Assembly: GCA_044340485.1 (NCBI GenBank)
Contig: JBIITN010000004.1
Coordinates: forward strand, 28,357-92,356
Source: Ilumatobacteraceae bacterium
Lineage (GTDB): Bacteria > Actinomycetota > Acidimicrobiia > Acidimicrobiales > Ilumatobacteraceae
Reading direction: 5' to 3'
DNA length: 64,000 nt
The notes under the pieces are model-generated. The model had not been told where the DNA came from. It searched no databases and saw only the letters and a program-made list of their open reading frames with translations. A program made the translations under genes and the position numbers. Numbering within the stretch: the stretch's first letter is position 1; each line of letters opens with the position of its first letter. Of this stretch, positions 49,777 through 57,808 are shown one piece after another.

Positions 49777-49931
49777 ATTTCTTGAGACTACTCCACCGCA
49801 AGGCGTCTGTGAAACGTATCACACCGATAAAAACCCTCACCAACTTAAGACGACGCAACCGCCAAAAATCCTCACACGTGCGCACATTCACAACGCGTAC
49901 AGAAACTGCTCTGGCCCAGAGAATCAATAAG

Positions 49932-49968
49932 AAGAGGGGTTGTACCCGTTACAGGCACAACCCCTCTT
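49932..49968 (-). terminator. 12-bp perfect hairpin AAGAGGGGTTGT-n13-ACAACCCCTCTT
   Basis: Read from the sequence. On the minus strand it is followed by CTTATTGATT. Function (terminator or leader structure) is uncertain. Confidence 0.45.
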
Positions 49969-50074
49969 GCGCCCGGACTTCATTTCACACAGGGTGGCAT
50001 TTCATCCAACTACTCAGAGGCGCACATGGACTTGGTCAAGGACTCCGCACACTGCCCTGATCAGGTCTCGATTT

Positions 50075-50090
50075 CGTGACAGTGGTCACT
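50075..50090. promoter_or_regulatory. CGTGA-CAGTGG-TCACT, orphan CRP/FNR-geometry inverted repeat
   Basis: Read from the sequence. It lies between two hairpins in a 544-bp non-coding gap. Confidence 0.4.
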
Positions 50091-50154
50091 TCACATGGGC
50101 ACAGAGTAACACCCACGCCGCAACCCCCTGCACACGCGATCCACCCGAGATCGC

Positions 50155-50181
50155 AAAAACCCCACACCTTTCGGTGTGGGG
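50155..50181 (-). terminator. rho-independent terminator of binding-protein gene 1
   Basis: Minus strand CCCCACACC-gaaa-GGTGTGGGG followed by TTTTT, 53 nt after the stop at 50234. Confidence 0.8.
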
Positions 50182-50233
50182 TCTTCACTAGCGGCTAAGC
50201 GCTCATAGTTCTTTCGAACGTATCTGACCAGAA

Positions 50234-51523
50234 TCAGTCAGCGTGATATGGCGTCATGTCGTATGTCTTGTCATCCATTGGTGACAACTTGCCACCAGAG
50301 AAGATGTCGTATGCGACTGAGCGGTTGAAGATACGTGGGAATGCTCCACCTTCACCAGTCCATGGTGATGTGAAGTCAAGGTCGCCCACCATGTTGTCCA
50401 TTGGCAGGTTGCTTGTTGCATTCGCAGCATCAATAAACGTGTTGTTGTTGACTTCAAGACCGTCTGCAATCATCTGCTCGACGATCTTGCGGAAGCCTTC
50501 AAAAGCTGCCCATGTTCCAAGACCGGCAAGTGAGTTCCAGTCGAGATCCGGTGCGTCGTACTTCTCAAGTGCTGCACGATAGTCATCCCACATTGGTCCA
50601 GCAATGTTCGGGTATGCGTTGATTGAAACGCCACCTTCTGTTTCTGCTGGGAATGCTTCGCCAACTTTTTCATTCAAGTTGCCCTGTGGACCGTAGAGAC
50701 GCTGAGTGCCACCTACTGCCTTCATTGCAGGAATGAATCCGAGCCACTGAATGTCACCCATGAAACCATGGATGCAGTCTGTGCCGCTTGCTGCCTTGGC
50801 AGCCAAAGCGCTGTAGTCAGAAGTGGTCAATGGGAACGTGAGGTACTTGACTTCGTTGGTGTAACCGAGCTTCTCGAAAGCAGCCTTGGTCTGACCAATG
50901 AAGTAATCCTGTGAACCGTTTTCACCAAATAAGAATGCAGGTGCTTCACAACCGTCTTCCGACATCTTGTACGCAGCACCAGCGTTGAACGAGAACACTG
51001 AACCCATGTTGAATGCGATTGGGCTTGAGAATTCCTTCGCCACAACTGGACAACATGCACCGAACCATGCGGTGTTTGACTCTTCCAACACTTCAATGAG
51101 CAAGCTCACGTCTGTGTCGTAACCGCCAACAAGTGCAATCGCACCAGCCTCAACAGCCTGACGAGCACACGCTGCGTCTTCGTTCGGGTCGGTCTTACCG
51201 TCACAGAATGTCATATCGAGCGGACGTCCGCCGATGCCACCATTGTCATTGATGTATTGCTCATAGATCTCAGCTGCAGCCTCGATGTTTGGATATGACT
51301 GAACTGATGAGTCAACAGTTGACACAACCCACACGACCAATGGATCACCAGTTGGTGCTGGTGCCGCTGAATCTGCAGTGGTGTCGTCGGTGCCGCCATC
51401 TGATGATGAATCATCATCACCACATGCGGCAAGTGTTAATGAACCGACAAGCGCAAGACTTGTCATGACCCGAAGCGTCCGGCGCGAACGCCCAGAGCCC
51501 GAGGTACGCGAAAACATCGACAT
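50234..51523 (-). CDS. ABC transporter substrate-binding lipoprotein, LivK/Peripla_BP_6-like (paralog 1)
   Basis: Start set at MSMFSRTS... by alignment with paralogs (MGMFAR...). Lipobox LTLAAC|GDDDSSS. Collinear with paralogs 2-4. Confidence 0.87.
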   Translation of the reverse strand: MSMFSRTSGSGRSRRTLRVMTSLALVGSLTLAACGDDDSSSDGGTDDTTADSAAPAPTGDPLVVWVVSTVDSSVQSYPNIEAAAEIYEQYINDNGGIGGRPLDMTFCDGKTDPNEDAACARQAVEAGAIALVGGYDTDVSLLIEVLEESNTAWFGACCPVVAKEFSSPIAFNMGSVFSFNAGAAYKMSEDGCEAPAFLFGENGSQDYFIGQTKAAFEKLGYTNEVKYLTFPLTTSDYSALAAKAASGTDCIHGFMGDIQWLGFIPAMKAVGGTQRLYGPQGNLNEKVGEAFPAETEGGVSINAYPNIAGPMWDDYRAALEKYDAPDLDWNSLAGLGTWAAFEGFRKIVEQMIADGLEVNNNTFIDAANATSNLPMDNMVGDLDFTSPWTGEGGAFPRIFNRSVAYDIFSGGKLSPMDDKTYDMTPYHAD

Positions 51524-51606
51524 GCGATGATCCCCCCTGTGTGTTAAGAGCAAGTCCTCCCCGGGACTCACTGATTTTTTGACTTTCGTCGAGTACAGAG
51601 TAGCAG

Positions 51607-51628
51607 TTTGGTGACTGCAGTCACCAAA
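51607..51628. promoter_or_regulatory. perfect 22-bp palindrome TTTGGTGACTGCAGTCACCAAA (core GGTGA-N6-TCACC)
   Basis: Self-complementary on inspection, 84-105 nt upstream of the paralog 1 start. Confidence 0.6.
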
Positions 51629-51686
51629 CGAGGACACAATAATGAATCACAAATTCACTTGCGCTATGCAAATAAATCTGATGACG

Positions 51687-51723
51687 GGTGGCGTGGAACC
51701 CCATTGCGAGGTCCCACACCACC
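51687..51723 (-). terminator. hairpin terminator of binding-protein gene 2
   Basis: 14-bp stem. The two non-Watson-Crick positions are G-U on the minus-strand RNA but C-A on the plus strand, which supports minus-strand function. A T-rich tail follows. Confidence 0.6.
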
Positions 51724-51736
51724 TGTACTCAGGCAG

Positions 51737-53029
51737 TTAGCCGGCGTGATATGGCGTCATGTCGTATGTCTTGTCATCCAATGGCGCCAACTTGCCGCCG
51801 GAGATGATGTCGAATGCAACGGAACGGTTGAAAATGCGTGGGAATGCCCCACCTTCACCATTCCATGGAGCAGTGAAGTCAAGATCGCCCACCATGTTGT
51901 CCATCTGCAAATTGTTTGTGGCACTCGCCGCTTCAATAAATGTGTCGCTGTTGACCTCAGTACCGTCAGCGATCATCTGCTCAACAATCTTGCGGAAACC
52001 TTCAAAGGCTGCCCAAGTACCAAGACCAGCAAGTGAATTCCAGTCAAGATCAGGAGCGTTATAGCGCTCGAGTGCGTCACGGTAGTCATCCCACATCGGA
52101 CCAGCAATGTTCGGGTATGCGTTGATCACAACGCCACCCTCGGTTTCTGCTGGGAACGCTTCGGCTACTTTGCCGTTGAGATTTCCCTGCGGACCATAGA
52201 GTCGCTGCGTGCCGCCCACTGCCTTCATCGCAGGAATGAAACCAAGCCACTGAATGTCACCCATGAAACCGTGAATACAGTCAGTTCCACTAGCTGCCTT
52301 GGCGGCCAAAGCGCTGTAGTCAGAGATCGTCAACGGATATGTGAGGTACTTCACTTCGTTTGTAAAACCGAGTTTCTCGAAAGCAGCCTTAGTTTGGCCA
52401 ATGAAGTAATCCTGCGATCCATTATCGCCGTAGATGAAGGCGGGTGCTTCGCAACCATCTTCAATCATTTTGAACGCTGCACCAGCATTAAACGAAAAAG
52501 TTGCACCCATGTTAAATGCATTTGCACTCGTGAATTCTTTCGCCACACTCGGACAACACGCTCCGAACCAAGCAACATTCTCTGATTCAAGTACTTCAAT
52601 TAACAGACCCACATCAACGTCAAAACCACCGACGAGAGCGATCGCTCCGTCATCGACAGCCTTTCGTGCACATGCAGCATCTTCATTGGGATCGGCCTTA
52701 CCGTCACAGAAAGTGACGTCTAAAGGACGACCACTAATCCCACCCTTATCGTTGATGTATTGCTCATAAATTTCAGCCGCGGCCTCAATGTTTGGATACG
52801 ACGCGATAGATGAATCGACTGTCGTAACAACCCAAACGTTGAGCGCTTCACCAGTGGGTGTCGCACCACCAGTTTCTGCTGTGGTGTCATCTGATGAGTC
52901 ACCGCTACTTGATGAATCATCATCACCACATGCAGCCAGTGCAAGCGCACCAACGAGAGCCAAACTGACTCCCACTCGAATACCGCGTCGCCGACTATTG
53001 GCAGACGAAGTCCGTGCAAACATCCCCAT
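51737..53029 (-). CDS. ABC transporter substrate-binding lipoprotein (paralog 2)
   Basis: 430 aa; lipobox LALAAC|GDDDSSSS. Confidence 0.9.
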   Translation of the reverse strand: MGMFARTSSANSRRRGIRVGVSLALVGALALAACGDDDSSSSGDSSDDTTAETGGATPTGEALNVWVVTTVDSSIASYPNIEAAAEIYEQYINDKGGISGRPLDVTFCDGKADPNEDAACARKAVDDGAIALVGGFDVDVGLLIEVLESENVAWFGACCPSVAKEFTSANAFNMGATFSFNAGAAFKMIEDGCEAPAFIYGDNGSQDYFIGQTKAAFEKLGFTNEVKYLTYPLTISDYSALAAKAASGTDCIHGFMGDIQWLGFIPAMKAVGGTQRLYGPQGNLNGKVAEAFPAETEGGVVINAYPNIAGPMWDDYRDALERYNAPDLDWNSLAGLGTWAAFEGFRKIVEQMIADGTEVNSDTFIEAASATNNLQMDNMVGDLDFTAPWNGEGGAFPRIFNRSVAFDIISGGKLAPLDDKTYDMTPYHAG

Positions 53030-53080
53030 GAGATGCCCCCCTTATTTTAAAACACCAACGATCCCCCGATTGCTGGTGAT

Positions 53081-53099
53081 GTGACGTAGAGGACGTCAC
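53081..53099. promoter_or_regulatory. inverted repeat GTGACGT-agagg-ACGTCAC upstream of paralog 2
   Basis: Read from the sequence, 52-70 nt upstream of ATG 53029. Confidence 0.5.
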
Positions 53100-53140
53100 G
53101 TAATGAAACTTGCCACCTGTGTTGGGCCGCAATGAACGAA

Positions 53141-53172
53141 CATGGGATCCGAGTCGATACCCGGATCCCATG
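53141..53172 (-). terminator. hairpin CATGGGATCCG-n10-CGGATCCCATG after paralog 3
   Basis: 11-bp perfect stem. An identical copy lies at 54624-54655. Confidence 0.6.
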
Positions 53173-53219
53173 TCGTCAGTGAGTTGTCGTGTTTAACAAC
53201 TGGGGAGAATTCTTGCTTT

Positions 53220-54512
53220 CTACTCTGGGTGGTATGCCGTCATGTCGTAGGTCTTGTCATCCATTGGTGACAGCTTTCCGCCAGAGAACACATCAAAGGC
53301 GACTGATCGGTTGAAAATACGTGGGAAAGCCCCACCTTCAGCAGCCCACGGGGTGGTGAAATCAATGTCACCCACCATGGAATCCATTTGAAGGTTGCTT
53401 GTGGCATTTGCAGCCTCAATGAATGTGTCGTTGTTTACTTCAACTCCATCAGCAATCATCTGCTCCACAATCTTACGGAAGCCCTCGAACGCTGCCCATG
53501 TACCAAGACCAGCAAGTGAGTTCCAGTCAAGATCAGGAGCGTTATAGGTCTCAAGAGCTGCACGATAGTCATCCCACATCGGACCTGCGATGTTCGGGTA
53601 TGCGTTGATCACAACGCCACCTTCAGTCTCAGTCGGGAATGCCTCGCCAACCTTTTCATTGAAGTTGCCCTGAACTCCATAGAGTTTTTGTGTGAAGCCC
53701 ACCGATTTCAATGCAGGCACAAACGCCATCCACTGAATGTCACCGAGTGCTCCATAAATGCAGTCTGAACCACTTGTTGCTTTCGCTGCCACGGCACTGA
53801 AATCTGAGATTGTTGCTGGGACGGTAATGAAATCGAGTCCACCGGAGTACTCCAACTGTTCAAACGCGTACTTTGCCTGCGCCACTGAAATGTCCTGGCT
53901 TCCATTTTCTAGGTAGATGATCTTTACATTCTTGCAACCATCTTGTGTCATCTTGTATGCGGCACCTTGGTTAAATGAGAAAGTCGAACCCATGTTGAAT
54001 GCAATCGGGCTCGAAAACTCTTTTGCGACAACCGGACAACATGCACCAAACCATGCAGTATTTTCAGCCTCAAGTACCTCCATCATCAAACTGACGTCGA
54101 GATCGAAACCACCGACAAGAGCAATTGCTCCATCGTCGACTGCTTTACGCGCACAGGCGGCGTCCTCGTTCGGGTCAGTTTTGCCATCACAAAAAGTGAC
54201 TTCAAGCGGACGACCGCCGATGCCGCCTGCATCGTTGATGTACTGCTCATAAATGTCTGCAGCGGCTTCAATGTTTGGATACGACAACAATGACGAATCA
54301 ACTGTTGTGACTACCCACACGTTTAGTGGTTCACCCGTGGGTGCCGCACCGCCAGTTTCTGCAGTGGTGTCATCTGATGAGTCACCGCTACTTGATGAAT
54401 CATCATCACCGCAAGCCGCCAGTGCCAATGCACCAACGAGAGCCAAACTGACTCCTACTCGAATACTGCGCCGCCTCTTTATGGCCGACGACTTCCGTGC
54501 AAACATCCCCAT
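53220..54512 (-). CDS. ABC transporter substrate-binding lipoprotein (paralog 3, divergent central block)
   Basis: 430 aa with the same leader as paralog 2. Its central segment QDGCKNVKIIYLENGSQDISVAQAKYAFEQLEYSGGLDFITVPATISDF differs from paralogs 1 and 2. Confidence 0.9.
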   Translation of the reverse strand: MGMFARKSSAIKRRRSIRVGVSLALVGALALAACGDDDSSSSGDSSDDTTAETGGAAPTGEPLNVWVVTTVDSSLLSYPNIEAAADIYEQYINDAGGIGGRPLEVTFCDGKTDPNEDAACARKAVDDGAIALVGGFDLDVSLMMEVLEAENTAWFGACCPVVAKEFSSPIAFNMGSTFSFNQGAAYKMTQDGCKNVKIIYLENGSQDISVAQAKYAFEQLEYSGGLDFITVPATISDFSAVAAKATSGSDCIYGALGDIQWMAFVPALKSVGFTQKLYGVQGNFNEKVGEAFPTETEGGVVINAYPNIAGPMWDDYRAALETYNAPDLDWNSLAGLGTWAAFEGFRKIVEQMIADGVEVNNDTFIEAANATSNLQMDSMVGDIDFTTPWAAEGGAFPRIFNRSVAFDVFSGGKLSPMDDKTYDMTAYHPE

Positions 54513-54560
54513 GAGATGCCTCCCTTATTTTGAAACACCAACGATCCCCCGATTGCTGGT

Positions 54561-54585
54561 TATGTGACGCAGAGCACGTCACATA
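54561..54585. promoter_or_regulatory. inverted repeat TATGTGACG-cagagca-CGTCACATA upstream of paralog 3
   Basis: Read from the sequence, 49-73 nt upstream of ATG 54512. Confidence 0.5.
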
Positions 54586-54623
54586 ATGAAACATACCACC
54601 AGTGTTGGGCCCCGATGAACGAA

Positions 54624-54655
54624 CATGGGATCCGAGTCGATACCCGGATCCCATG
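54624..54655 (-). terminator. hairpin CATGGGATCCG-n10-CGGATCCCATG after paralog 4
   Basis: Identical copy of 53141-53172. Confidence 0.6.
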
Positions 54656-54702
54656 TCGTCAGTGAGTTGTCGCGTTCAACAACTGGGGAGAATTTTCCAG
54701 AC

Positions 54703-55995
54703 TTACTCGGCGTGATACTGCGTCATGTCGTAAGTCTTGTCATCCATTGGAGTCAACTTGCCACCAGAAATAATGTCAAAAGCAACTGAACGATTGAAGA
54801 TTCGTGGGAAGGCCCCGCCTTCACCAGCCCACGGTGTAGTGAAGTCGAGATCGCCGACCATGGAATCCATTTGAAGGTTGCTTGTGGCATTTGCAGCCTC
54901 AATGAATGTGTCGTTGTTTACTTCAAGTCCATCAGCAATCATTTTCTCGACAATCTTTCGAAATCCCTCGAAGGCTGCCCACGTACCTAAACCAGCAAGC
55001 GAGTTCCAGTCAAGGTCCGGAGCGTTGTACTTCTCAAGAGCCGCGCGATAGTCATCCCACATCGGACCGGCAATGTTCGGGTACGCGTTGATCACAACGC
55101 CACCTTCAGTCTCTGCGGGGAATGCTTCTGCGACTTTGACGTTGAGATTTCCTTGAGGACCGTACAAACGTTGAGTGCCACCGACAGATTTCAAGGCAGG
55201 TATGAATCCCAACCACTGGATGTCGCCCATAAAACCGTGAATGCAATCTGAGCCATCACCTGCTTTTGCAGCGATCGCGCTGTAATCGGATGCGTTGAGT
55301 GGAACCATCACGTACTTTGGCACAGATGGATCTCCCCCGACTGCTTCCCATGCGGCCTGAGTCTGACCTTGGAAATAGTCATAGGTGGAACCTTCACCAA
55401 TAATAAATGCTGGATTTGTGCACCCGTCTTCTTTCATCTTCCATGCTGCTGCAACGTTGAAAGAGAATACTGCGCCCATGTTGAATGCAATTGGGCTTGA
55501 AAACTCTTTTGCGACAACCGGACAACATGCACCGAACCATGCGGTGTTTTCAGATTCCAACACTTCGATAAGCAAGCTCACATCAACATCAAAGCCTCCA
55601 ACTAATGCGATCGCGCCCGCGTCTACTGCTTTACGCGCACACGCTGCGTCTTCATTTGGATCTGCTTTTCCATCGCAAAATGTGACATCTACCGGACGTC
55701 CGCCGATGCCACCTTTGTCGTTGATGTACTGCTCATAAATATCTGCTGCAGCTTCAATGTTTGGATATGAAGAGATCGAAGAATCAACAGTTGAAACAAC
55801 CCAAACAACCAATGGTTCTCCAGTCGGCGCTGGTGCCGCTGAATCTATTGTTGTGTCATCTGTACCGCCGTCAGATGATGAATCATCATCCCCACACGCA
55901 GCAAGTGATAACGCACCCACCAACGCCAGGCTGATGCCCACGCGCAAACCACGTCTCTTCGTGCTTTGCGACGTTGTACCTTTACACATCCTCAT
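54703..55995 (-). CDS. ABC transporter substrate-binding lipoprotein (paralog 4, divergent central block)
   Basis: Start set at MRMCKGTT... by paralog alignment. Lipobox LSLAAC|GDDDSSS. Its central block EDGCTNPAFIIGEGSTYDYFQGQTQAAWEAVGGDPSVPKYVMVPLNASDY is unique. Confidence 0.87.
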   Translation of the reverse strand: MRMCKGTTSQSTKRRGLRVGISLALVGALSLAACGDDDSSSDGGTDDTTIDSAAPAPTGEPLVVWVVSTVDSSISSYPNIEAAADIYEQYINDKGGIGGRPVDVTFCDGKADPNEDAACARKAVDAGAIALVGGFDVDVSLLIEVLESENTAWFGACCPVVAKEFSSPIAFNMGAVFSFNVAAAWKMKEDGCTNPAFIIGEGSTYDYFQGQTQAAWEAVGGDPSVPKYVMVPLNASDYSAIAAKAGDGSDCIHGFMGDIQWLGFIPALKSVGGTQRLYGPQGNLNVKVAEAFPAETEGGVVINAYPNIAGPMWDDYRAALEKYNAPDLDWNSLAGLGTWAAFEGFRKIVEKMIADGLEVNNDTFIEAANATSNLQMDSMVGDLDFTTPWAGEGGAFPRIFNRSVAFDIISGGKLTPMDDKTYDMTQYHAE

Positions 55996-56043
55996 AAGAT
56001 GCCCCCTTGTATTCAGACACCGACGTCCTTTAACCGTTGGTGC

Positions 56044-56059
56044 TGTGACGTTAGTCACG
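56044..56059. promoter_or_regulatory. TGTGA-CGTTAG-TCACG, CRP/FNR-geometry inverted repeat upstream of paralog 4
   Basis: Read from the sequence, 49-64 nt upstream of ATG 55995. Confidence 0.5.
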
Positions 56060-56123
56060 TTTAAGGAGTCAAGATATCATAAATTCACAATCGCGCGAAC
56101 AGGGGTAACAGGGAAATGGTGCG

Positions 56124-57734
56124 TCAGGAGATGGAAAAGCCCTTATAACCCTCAGCGGCCACTTGGTTGCACAGCTCTCGATACGGCCCAACGCCACCAA
56201 GGTATGGCAGGAACACACGTGGCTTACCAGGAACATTGGCACCCATGTACCACGAGTTCGCCAGCGGATACAACGTCATGTTTCCAACTTCGGTGCTGTG
56301 TGCCACCCATTCATCTTGAGCCTGTTGGGTTGCCTCAATGACGTGTTGATCTTTATCACGCATTGCGACGAAGAGATCCGTCAACCAATCAACATGTTGC
56401 TCAATTGACACCATCATGTTCGACAGCACCGATGGACTTTGCGGACCAGTGATGGTGTACATGTTCGGGAAGTTCGCAATAGCAAGTCCTAAATACGTGG
56501 TGGGACCATCTTTCCATTGATCAGACAGTTTGATGCCATGTTTTCCACGGATATCGATTTTCAACAGCGAACCAGTCATTGCATCGAAACCAGTTGCGTA
56601 CACAATGGCATCGAACTCATACTGTTCGTCGGTGGTGTTGATTCCAACTGGCGTGATCTCAGTAATAGGCGTTTTGCGCAAATTAACCAATCGAACATGA
56701 TCAAGATTGAATGTTGCGTAATAGTCAGTATCGACACACGGACGCTTTGTGCCAAGCGGATGATCGTACGGACACAACGCTTCGGCCACCTCTTGATCTT
56801 TGACAATCGTTCGGATCTTGTCGCGAGCGAAATCAGCAACAACGTCATTTGCTTTTTTGTTGATCAGGATGTCTTCAAATGATGCCAGGAATCGAGCAAA
56901 GTCTGCAGTTTCCCAACTGTCTTCAAGAATCTGCTGTTGCGTTTTTTCGTCTACTGAAAACATCGGTATCGGTGTAAAGCTGATTGGGACTCCACCACGT
57001 GATTCTTTCGCACGCTGACGATACTCGCGATACTGAGACTTCACTTCTGTCACTTCTTCACTGGTCAATGCGCGATTACCTGCAGGCACGGAAAAATTCG
57101 GAGTGCGTTGAAACACTGTTAACTGCTTTGCTTGTTTGGCGATGAGCGGTATTGACTGAATAGCTGACGAACCAGTACCAATTACTGCGACACGTTTTCC
57201 TGTGAAGTCCACTCCTTCATGGGGCCATTTTGATGTTTGATATGTAGCGCCTTTATACGTGTCGATGCCAGGAATCTCTGGCAATTTTGGCGTTGACAAA
57301 GTGCCTACAGCCAACACCAAATGCTGTGTGTCAATGACATCACCGCTATCAGTGGTGATGGTCCAATGCGTATTGACTTCATCCCAGATAGCCGACGTGA
57401 TGGCAGTGTTAAATTGCATGTCAGGCCACAGGTTGTAACGATCCGCAACATGATTTGCATATTTTAAGATTTCTGGCTGGGTGGCATACTTTTCCGTCCA
57501 CTCCCACTCTTGCTCCAACTCGGGATCAAAAGAGTACGAATAGTCAAGTGAACGCACATCACAACGTGCACCTGGATAACGATTCCAATACCACGTACCA
57601 CCAACTCCGCTTGCTTTGTCAAAGACTCGGACGTTAAATCCCAGTCCACGTAACCGATGTAACAAGTACATTCCGGCAAAGCCTGCACCGACGACAACAA
57701 TGTCGCGTGTTGATGTCACTGATGAGTCAGCCAT
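56124..57734 (-). CDS. type I Baeyer-Villiger monooxygenase (paralog A)
   Basis: VVGAGFAGM, GGTWYWNRYPGARCD, VIGTGSSAIQ. The fingerprint is YKGATYQTSKWP, with Gln at the canonical His. Confidence 0.9.
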   Translation of the reverse strand: MADSSVTSTRDIVVVGAGFAGMYLLHRLRGLGFNVRVFDKASGVGGTWYWNRYPGARCDVRSLDYSYSFDPELEQEWEWTEKYATQPEILKYANHVADRYNLWPDMQFNTAITSAIWDEVNTHWTITTDSGDVIDTQHLVLAVGTLSTPKLPEIPGIDTYKGATYQTSKWPHEGVDFTGKRVAVIGTGSSAIQSIPLIAKQAKQLTVFQRTPNFSVPAGNRALTSEEVTEVKSQYREYRQRAKESRGGVPISFTPIPMFSVDEKTQQQILEDSWETADFARFLASFEDILINKKANDVVADFARDKIRTIVKDQEVAEALCPYDHPLGTKRPCVDTDYYATFNLDHVRLVNLRKTPITEITPVGINTTDEQYEFDAIVYATGFDAMTGSLLKIDIRGKHGIKLSDQWKDGPTTYLGLAIANFPNMYTITGPQSPSVLSNMMVSIEQHVDWLTDLFVAMRDKDQHVIEATQQAQDEWVAHSTEVGNMTLYPLANSWYMGANVPGKPRVFLPYLGGVGPYRELCNQVAAEGYKGFSIS

Positions 57735-57808
57735 GATCTCAGTCCCCTATTTCTTATATGAGGTATTTTTGCAACTAGTTGTTGTAGATGTGGTTTTGTG
57801 TTCACCGC

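Larger units (their letters stand above)
50234..56058 (-). repeat. tandem array of four units, each one binding-protein gene plus its promoter/terminator spacer
   Basis: The stop codons lie at 50234, 51737, 53220 and 54703 (spacing 1503, 1483, 1483 nt). The proteins are collinear paralogs. Confidence 0.9.

Noticed and set aside
49707-50191. Plus-strand ORFs of 117 and 83 aa in the liv/binding-protein gap
   Set aside because: Their Arg/Thr/His-rich composition is implausible, no RBS was seen, and they span hairpins and operator-like sites. The region is treated as non-coding.
51524-51637. N-terminal extensions of binding-protein 1 (also 55996-56058 for paralog 4, 63627-63671 for BVMO-C, and 43965-44075 for the long BVMO)
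   Set aside because: Paralog alignment places the starts at MSMF/MRMC/MSDKKF. The extensions contain the operator-like repeats and have no counterpart in the paralogs.
55757-56341. 194-aa plus-strand ORF (similarly 60584-61144 at 186 aa and 57616-58053 at 145 aa)
   Set aside because: These run antisense across gene ends and spacers of well-supported minus-strand genes, and no motifs were recognised.
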